Positions 8,841 through 14,763 of a DNA stretch of 24,000 bases are shown piece by piece (the stretch's first letter is position 1; every line of letters begins with the position of its first letter). Position numbers and translations under genes: made by a program. Location: NCBI RefSeq assembly GCF_000246855.1, contig NC_016609.1, positions 4,824,744 to 4,848,743 on the forward strand. Direction: 5' to 3'. The stretch comes from Niastella koreensis GR20-10 (GTDB lineage Bacteria; Bacteroidota; Bacteroidia; Chitinophagales; Chitinophagaceae). The notes below the pieces were generated by a model. It was given only the letters and a program-made list of their open reading frames with translations, did no database searches and had not been told where the DNA came from.

Positions 8841-9380
8841 ATGGTAACGATAAATAGTTTTCCCAACGAAGCCGGATTAAATAAAAAGAACAAAAGTTAC
8901 CTGGAGTATTTCAATAAGAGGCTTGGTCGAACGCCCAACCTGTTAGTGACTATGATGCATTCAGACCAGGCACTGAGCACCTACTATACTTTTCATAGCC
9001 GAAAAACCTCCTTGTCAAAAAGGGAAATTGAGGCAATAACCCTCACCGTATCGCAGCATAATGGCGCAATGTACTGCCTGAGTGCACATACAATGATTGC
9101 AAAACTGAATGGTTTCAGCGACGAAAATATACTGGAATTGCGCAGGGCATCAGCTTCGTTTGACAGCAAACTGGAGGCTTTGGTAAAACTTGCGGTTTAT
9201 TTGGCAAGACATACGAATTCTATCGATAATAGCCTGCTTGACAATTTCTTTGCAGCGGGATATACAAAAGAGCATTTGATAGATATGCTTCAGGTGATAG
9301 GCGATACCGTTATTACAAATATTACAGGCAGGGTATTCCAGATCCCAATAGATTACCCCCCTGCGAAAGAGCTCTGGTAA
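8841..9380 (+). CDS. Carboxymuconolactone decarboxylase / AhpD-like family protein (paralogue 2; AxxC...H variant)
   Basis: 179 aa. The core segment is SKREIEAITLTVSQHNGAMYCLSAHTMIAK. It has the same length as, and is colinear with, the protein at 5916-6455. Confidence 0.8.
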   Translation: MVTINSFPNEAGLNKKNKSYLEYFNKRLGRTPNLLVTMMHSDQALSTYYTFHSRKTSLSKREIEAITLTVSQHNGAMYCLSAHTMIAKLNGFSDENILELRRASASFDSKLEALVKLAVYLARHTNSIDNSLLDNFFAAGYTKEHLIDMLQVIGDTVITNITGRVFQIPIDYPPAKELW

Positions 9381-9634
9381 AAAAACATTTAATGGAAAGA
9401 CCTCATTCCATTCCGTCTGTTGTCCACGAAGTACTTTTAGTATCACAACTACTTGGAATAGAAAACCCTATAATAAATCTCAGTAAAATCTCCTCAAAAT
9501 AACGCTGTGATACTTTTGTTAGGCTTGTGAAACTCCTTTGGGATATTATCTGTGTTTCTTTGTCCTGTCAGCACGGACGAATCAAACAGTTAAAATCAGA
9601 AAACACTCATTTATTTATCCAAATAATTTTAATC

Positions 9635-10102
9635 ATGAAAAAAGCGGCGGCCATTTTAGTCCTTTTTGTCTCTACTCTCTCAGGGCTTCGGGCACAACAA
9701 GCTTCTGTACGTGTAAAACAATACAATATTGATAAATCGGGCCTGGCCATAGCAGGTTATGATCCCGTAGCCTACTTCATCGACAATAAAGCCCTTGAAG
9801 GCAGCAAAGATATTACAACGGTGTATCAAGGGATTACTTATCGCTTCGCTTCGGTAGGCAATAGGAATGTGTTTAAGGCCAACCCCTTAAAATACGAACC
9901 ACAATATGGAGGCTGGTGCGCCTATGCAATGGGCGCAAAAGGCGAAAAGGTAGAAGTGGATCCGGAAACATTTAAAATCGTTGATGGCAAATTGTTTTTG
10001 TTCTATAATAAATATTTCAACAATACACTCAAAATCTGGAACAAGGATGAAGCCCATCTTAAAACCAGTGCAGATCAAAGCTGGACAAAATTTATTCAAT
10101 AG
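9635..10102 (+). CDS. YHS-domain protein with signal peptide
   Basis: I prefer the ATG at 9635 (MKKAAAILVLFVSTLSGLRAQQ). Motifs are LAIAGYDPVAYF, YRFASVGNRNVFKANPLKYEPQYGGWCAYAM and DGKLFLFYN, which are typical of the YHS-domain family. The Cys in GGWCAY is an ordinary Cys codon. Confidence 0.8.
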   Translation: MKKAAAILVLFVSTLSGLRAQQASVRVKQYNIDKSGLAIAGYDPVAYFIDNKALEGSKDITTVYQGITYRFASVGNRNVFKANPLKYEPQYGGWCAYAMGAKGEKVEVDPETFKIVDGKLFLFYNKYFNNTLKIWNKDEAHLKTSADQSWTKFIQ

Positions 10103-10201
10103 TTTTTGCCCCGGAGGGCAAAGCTATCAAAGGCTATGACGCAATGGCTTTTTTCTTCCACTTCACTATAAAAATCCCTTTTACCCCAACAATCTATCAG
10201 C

Positions 10202-10612
10202 ATGACTAAAAGACAACAACGTTTGATTACCTGGATATTCCGGGTTATAGCAGCACTTATTATGTTGCAGACATTATTTTTCAAGTTTACAGCCGCTCCC
10301 GAGTCGGTATATATTTTTTCCAAACTGGGTATGGAACCCTGGGGGCGCATAGGCATCGGAGTACTGGAGCTGGTCGCTTCAATACTCATTCTTATCCCCC
10401 GGACAATCGCCTTTGGCGCCCTGCTGGGCCTGGGATTGATGAGCGGAGCCATTTTTTTTCATCTTACCCGATTGGGCATCGTAGTACAAAATGATGCCGG
10501 TGAGTTATTCATATATGCCTTGCTGGTTTTTATCAGTTGCCTGATACTGGCAGTTGTTTACAGAGCTCAGCTACCAGGGTTATTCTTCAAAACAAAACAT
10601 GACCACTTATGA
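10202..10612 (+). CDS. DoxX-family small integral membrane protein
   Basis: 136 aa with four hydrophobic segments. A DoxX-like pattern is present (FRVIAALIMLQTLFFKF, GIGVLELVASILILIPRT). The stop overlaps the next start (ATGA at 10609-10612). Confidence 0.75.
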   Translation: MTKRQQRLITWIFRVIAALIMLQTLFFKFTAAPESVYIFSKLGMEPWGRIGIGVLELVASILILIPRTIAFGALLGLGLMSGAIFFHLTRLGIVVQNDAGELFIYALLVFISCLILAVVYRAQLPGLFFKTKHDHL

Positions 10613-11109
10613 TAGCGCAAATAACCCAACCAGTAACATCGCTCCTGAGTCAACTGCAGACCCTGCTGGAAATGCTCACAGACGACCAGTACAGTGAAAA
10701 AGTACCTTTACTTTCCAATGCTTCCCTTGGACAGCATGTACGGCATATTATTGAGTTCTTTCTGGAACTGGAGAATGGCTATGCTACCGGAACTGTCAAT
10801 TACGATGGGCGCAAACGGGATTTTGCAATAGAGACCAGGCGCAGCGCTGCCCTTGATGCGATACAGGTTGTTACTATGAATTTAAAAAAAGAAAACAAAC
10901 AGTTGATGCTGACAGCAGATTTTGGAAGCGACGCCCTCTGCCAGGTTCTTACCAGTTATGAACGGGAGTTGGTGTATAACCTGGAGCATACCATTCATCA
11001 CATGGCGCTTTTAAGAATTGGTGTCAATGCAGTATCTGCCGTTGAATTACCCGACAATTTTGGTGTGGCTATTTCTACCCTTAAATACAGAAAGCTATGT
11101 GCACAGTAA
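10609..11109 (+). CDS. DinB-like (four-helix-bundle, His-triad) superfamily protein
   Basis: 166 aa. It contains LTDDQYSEK...SLGQHVRHIIEFF...NLEHTIHHMALL, that is, conserved His residues spaced as in the DinB/DinB_2 family. It overlaps both neighbours. Confidence 0.65.
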   Translation: MIAQITQPVTSLLSQLQTLLEMLTDDQYSEKVPLLSNASLGQHVRHIIEFFLELENGYATGTVNYDGRKRDFAIETRRSAALDAIQVVTMNLKKENKQLMLTADFGSDALCQVLTSYERELVYNLEHTIHHMALLRIGVNAVSAVELPDNFGVAISTLKYRKLCAQ

Positions 11110-12884
11110 CTTTTATACCTACCTCAAAGGGCATTTACCTTACATCCAACAGGGATGAAAATAAGCACCGCAGCCAGGCTTTACCTCCGGCACAATATAG
11201 CAGCAGTGCAGGCCGGCTCATCTACCCGAAGGATCAGGATGCCTCCGGTAGCTGGATAGGCCTGAAAGAAAACGGGGATGCAGCCGTATTGCTCAACGGC
11301 GCTTTTGATAACCATACACGACAGCCGGCCTATCGTAAAAGCAGGGGCTTGATTTTCCTTGATATTTTTGAGCATTGCAATCCCGGTGAAAGTTTTAGTA
11401 CAATAGACCTAAATTATATAGAACCCTTTACCCTGGTGGTTTACTTCAATAGGCAGCTATGGGAATACCGCTGGGACGGTCACAGGAAACACACGCTTTT
11501 ACTGGATGCAACCAAGCCGCATATCTGGTCTTCTGCTACATTATACGATACTAGTGCCAAACAACAAAGAAAGCGGTGGTTTTTGAAATGGTTTTCATCT
11601 ACCAGCCCCATAGACATATCAAAAGTCATGGGTTTTCATCAGTATGGCGGGCTGGGCGATCTATACAACGGTCTGGTGATAGACAGAGGTAACATGCACA
11701 CCGTCAGCATTACTTCTGTTTTTGGGAATGCTGGCAGCCCCCTGATGAACTACCATGACCTGCAAACGGGTGCAAACGTCTCAACGAAATTTGAACGACC
11801 CGCTTTGCCTTCCAAAGAAAGCGTTTTTCAAAAAGCTTCCTTGTTTGTAAGAAGGGCCCGGATCAAAATAGCTAATTGGGAATTCTGGCCTTTGCACCTG
11901 GTATATGGTCCGCTTTACTTTTATTGGTGCTGGCTAAGCATTCGGGCGCGCTCCCTGTTTTTTTTCAGTGCAGCCAATCCGGGCATACAGTACTCTGGCT
12001 TTGTACATGAGCGCAAAAGTGAAATTTATAAGTTAATCCCTAAGCAATATTACCCGCTAACAAAACTCTGTACGGCAGGCCAGCCCGAGTTAAAGTTAGC
12101 GCAGAACCTGAAAAGAGAAGGATTATTATTTCCAATGATAGCCAAACCTGATGTGGGTGAACGGGGTATACAGGTTAAATTATTGCATTCCCAAGCGGAA
12201 CTTGAGATGTATGCCAGTCGCAGCAAAGTAGATTTTCTGCTCCAACAATTCATTTCCTATAAACAGGAAGTGGGTATTTTCTACTACCGGATCCCTGGCC
12301 AGGACAGGGGATATATCTCCGGTATTGTAGGCAAAGAGTTTCTCACTGTTACCGGTGATGGAAAATCCAGTATAGAGTCACTGGTAAAGGACGAAGATCG
12401 TTTTCTGTTACAGCTATCCGCATTGAGATATACTTATGGCGATTTTCTAAATACGGTATTAGCTGAAGGAGCAGAGTGCGTTCTGGTTCCGTATGGCAGC
12501 CATAGCAGGGGCGCGAAATTTATTGACCTGAGCTACCAGATCACCGAAAAGCTTACCCAGGTAATTGACGGGGTATGCAGGCAGATCCCGGGATTCTATT
12601 ATGGCAGGCTGGATATAAAATTCAATAGCTGGGAAGAGCTGTGTGAAGGAAAAAACTTTTCTATTATTGAACTGAACGGCGCAGGCAGTGAACCTACTCA
12701 TATTTATGATCCTGGGCATTCCCTGTTATATGCCTGGAAAGAGATCTGCCGGCACTGGCATTTGCTTTATAAGATCAGCCGCCTGAATGCCCGGCAAAAA
12801 ACACTTGTGCTAATGAATAGCAGAGAGGGTATAAAAATGATCAGGGACCATCATCGTTATTTAAAAACAATCACACAGGTATGA
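11097..12884 (+). CDS. Fusion protein: NRDE/TANGO2-like domain (N-terminal Met-Cys) + hydrophobic segment + ATP-grasp ligase domain
   Basis: 595 aa. It begins MCTVTFIPTSKGIYLTSNRDE. A hydrophobic stretch, WEFWPLHLVYGPLYFYWCWLSI, lies mid-protein. The C-terminal part is ATP-grasp-like: FPMIAKPDVGERGIQVKLL, EVGIFYYR, YYGRLDIKF, FSIIELNGAGSEPTHIYDP. Confidence 0.75.
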   Translation: MCTVTFIPTSKGIYLTSNRDENKHRSQALPPAQYSSSAGRLIYPKDQDASGSWIGLKENGDAAVLLNGAFDNHTRQPAYRKSRGLIFLDIFEHCNPGESFSTIDLNYIEPFTLVVYFNRQLWEYRWDGHRKHTLLLDATKPHIWSSATLYDTSAKQQRKRWFLKWFSSTSPIDISKVMGFHQYGGLGDLYNGLVIDRGNMHTVSITSVFGNAGSPLMNYHDLQTGANVSTKFERPALPSKESVFQKASLFVRRARIKIANWEFWPLHLVYGPLYFYWCWLSIRARSLFFFSAANPGIQYSGFVHERKSEIYKLIPKQYYPLTKLCTAGQPELKLAQNLKREGLLFPMIAKPDVGERGIQVKLLHSQAELEMYASRSKVDFLLQQFISYKQEVGIFYYRIPGQDRGYISGIVGKEFLTVTGDGKSSIESLVKDEDRFLLQLSALRYTYGDFLNTVLAEGAECVLVPYGSHSRGAKFIDLSYQITEKLTQVIDGVCRQIPGFYYGRLDIKFNSWEELCEGKNFSIIELNGAGSEPTHIYDPGHSLLYAWKEICRHWHLLYKISRLNARQKTLVLMNSREGIKMIRDHHRYLKTITQV

Positions 12885-13540
12885 AAAGGGAAATAACATT
12901 GATCTGTTGGGCCCTGGTCATCAGCTTTGCAGGTTCGTTACCATTGGGAGTTTTAAATATCAGTGTAGCTGATTATATATTTCATCATGACGTAGCAGGA
13001 GGTATTGGATTTTCGATAGCCGCTATTGGCGTGGAAATGATTTTGGTTCGTATTGCCCTTACTGCGGTTAAAAGGCTTGAAACAATGAAACGTTTTTATC
13101 CTTTGTTTGGCATACTGACCATTACCCTATTAATGGTGTTGGCTTTTAATTCCCTGTTCTCCGCCAATAGCAGCCAGGGGTTCAGACCCTCACCGTTAAC
13201 CACTCTTCCCCCGGAGGTGGCAGGCTTCCTGTTAAGCGTCATGAATCCGTTGCATCTGCCTTTCTGGATAGGCTGGACAGCTGTCTTAAAATCCCGTCAG
13301 CTACTGAATGATCAACCTTCATCCTACAACCGTTTTGTTATCGCCATTGGTATCGGCACGGCGGGCGCTTTTGTATTATACGGTATTGCAGGTCATTACC
13401 TGATTGGACTATTGGGTTCTCAACAAGTTTTATTAAACTATCTGATAGGCATCACCTTACTGGTTACCGCACTACTTCAATTCTATAAGACATTTTGCAG
13501 GCCAGTTATAAGGACAAGATGGCCCCGTTCCCAAATTTAA
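12881..13540 (+). CDS. LysE/RhtB-like multi-pass membrane exporter
   Basis: 219 aa with about 6 hydrophobic helices. A LysE-type motif region is present (GFLLSVMNPLHLPFWIGW). The start overlaps the upstream stop (ATGA at 12881-12884). Confidence 0.65.
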   Translation: MKREITLICWALVISFAGSLPLGVLNISVADYIFHHDVAGGIGFSIAAIGVEMILVRIALTAVKRLETMKRFYPLFGILTITLLMVLAFNSLFSANSSQGFRPSPLTTLPPEVAGFLLSVMNPLHLPFWIGWTAVLKSRQLLNDQPSSYNRFVIAIGIGTAGAFVLYGIAGHYLIGLLGSQQVLLNYLIGITLLVTALLQFYKTFCRPVIRTRWPRSQI

Positions 13541-13873
13541 GCTCACAGCAAATAAGTTAATATATACCTGATTTCCTCTATCAAAGCAAGCCTGGATGCA
13601 CACCTGCCTTTCAGACATTGGTTTATCTTTTATCTTCTTTTCTTTCGGATCTGTTTTTTTGTTTTGCGCCCGGGTAGTTAAAGCAAGCGTAGTCAGAATA
13701 ACTGTGGCGACGATTATCCTGCCGATAAGGCTCAACAGGACTGAGCTGTCCAGTACATTCCCGATGGTTACGATTTCAGACTGGGCCGGGGGTGTATCAT
13801 GGTCTTTTTTGCAGGCGGCCAGCGACAGAACAGCGGCGAGTAACGTAACCGTTTTTAATAAGTTATATTTCAT
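13472..13873 (-). CDS. Small hypothetical lipoprotein with an additional TM segment
   Basis: The N-terminus MKYNLLKTVTLLAAVLSLAAC has a clear lipobox. It is followed by a hydrophobic helix (LLSLIGRIIVATVILTTLALTT) and a Lys-rich tail. The 3' 69 nt overlap the convergent LysE-like gene, which lowers confidence in the exact end. Confidence 0.45.
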   Translation of the reverse strand: MKYNLLKTVTLLAAVLSLAACKKDHDTPPAQSEIVTIGNVLDSSVLLSLIGRIIVATVILTTLALTTRAQNKKTDPKEKKIKDKPMSERQVCIQACFDRGNQVYINLFAVSLNLGTGPSCPYNWPAKCLIELK

Positions 13874-13908
13874 TTGTAGTGTATTTTAACACCACAAAAC
13901 AATAGAAA

Positions 13909-13921
13909 CAGTATCCCACAG
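13909..13921. repeat. Direct repeat CAGTATCCCACAG, copy 1
   Basis: An exact 13-mer that recurs at 14221-14233. Weaker similarity continues for about 20 nt to the right of both copies. Confidence 0.6.
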
Positions 13922-14160
13922 GAGTTGCAGAATTGTAACAAAAGTATCAATATCGGAATGCGGGCCGCTGAATTACCGGGAGCTTAATGATTATAGTTAT
14001 AAGCGGCAATTGAAGGTTGAAGAAAAAGAGTTTTCAATAGTGTGGCATTTCAACAGGTAAACATCTAATAGCCCCCATAAAGGATAATAGTAAAAAAATA
14101 CGGATGAGTAACACGTCCGGGGTCTCTGTTTTTGTGAAAGGTGCTAAAGGAAACAAAAAG

Positions 14161-14197
14161 AGGCTGTATCATACTTTTGATACAGCCTCTAGTTTTT
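14161..14197 (-). terminator. Strong intrinsic terminator hairpin, best for the minus strand, with an A-tract and T-tract on both sides
   Basis: AGGCTGTATC (14161-14170) pairs perfectly with GATACAGCCT (14179-14188) across an 8-nt loop. It is flanked by AAACAAAAAG upstream and CTAGTTTTT downstream. On the minus strand the U-tract follows the stem directly. It would insulate the lipoprotein gene from ppsA read-through. Confidence 0.6.
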
Positions 14198-14220
14198 GCG
14201 GAGAGCGAGGATCTCTTCCT

Positions 14221-14233
14221 CAGTATCCCACAG
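14221..14233. repeat. Direct repeat CAGTATCCCACAG, copy 2
   Basis: Exact copy of 13909-13921. It abuts the tRNA-3'-end-like fragment at 14198-14222. Confidence 0.6.
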
Positions 14234-14266
14234 CTTGTTATCCAATAAATTACAAAGTCAGCCTAA

Positions 14267-14454
14267 ATTCACTCACGAAATCACTCACTTCCATATAAAA
14301 ACTTCATTGCAAATCTTGCCTAAATATAACGAATAATTGAATTCACTAACTTTAGCAGGCTTTCAAGTCTAACAATAATGTATCTTGTCTACAAATTATA
14401 GAAGTTGTATTCTCGCAAAAATTTCTATTATTATCTCGAAATATATCCACTCAC
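14267..14454 (+). repeat. Four same-orientation copies of the decamer A(T/A)(T/C)CACT(C/A)AC
   Basis: ATTCACTCAC at 14267-14276, AATCACTCAC at 14279-14288, ATTCACTAAC at 14341-14350 and ATCCACTCAC at 14445-14454. All lie in non-coding DNA downstream of ppsA. Confidence 0.5.
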
Positions 14455-14763
14455 TGCTAACGTAATCGATGCTTCTTTTCTTTATCATGCCATTGCCCTA
14501 TACAACCGGGTTGTTTATTCAGCAATACCGGCATTTGCCATTTTGCATTTTTTAATGCTGTTCAGATCCTGATCGGATAAAATGAGGGGTAAGTAGACAC
14601 AAACCCCCGATCTCATTCCAAACTAAACAACCAATGAGAAAATTTACATCTTATAATCACTATGGCAGGCTTGCAGTAAATTTTCATGCAGCTAAAAATA
14701 CGAGGCTGGTAGAAACTGGGCCCGTGTTTCAGAGCGTAATCTGAAAAAAACTATGATGATAAA

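Noticed and set aside
9887-9920. Possible selenocysteine in the YHS-domain protein; some members of this family are selenoproteins.
   Set aside because: The GGWCAYAM position is encoded by an ordinary Cys codon. There is no in-frame TGA and no SECIS-like hairpin.
10105-10122. Stem-loop TTTGCCC-cgga-GGGCAAA after the YHS gene, as a possible terminator.
   Set aside because: The 7-bp stem is good, but no U-tract follows it on either strand, so I do not call it an intrinsic terminator. It may still mark a transcript boundary or processing site.
10096-10452. A 118-aa minus-strand ORF.
   Set aside because: It is antisense to the DoxX gene, which has coherent TM topology and start/stop coupling with its neighbours.
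14198-14292. A possible complete tRNA (Ser or Sec-sized, ~95 nt) on the minus strand.
   Set aside because: Only the 3' acceptor strand and a T-arm-like hairpin are recognisable. The T-loop is non-canonical (AAGAGAT), and I could not fold a complementary 5' acceptor strand, D-arm or anticodon arm. I treat it as a fragment only.
14104-14298. A 64-aa + strand ORF in the gene-free region.
   Set aside because: It reads straight through the 10-bp terminator hairpin and the tRNA-like fragment. It has no signal or motif and its composition is typical of non-coding DNA.
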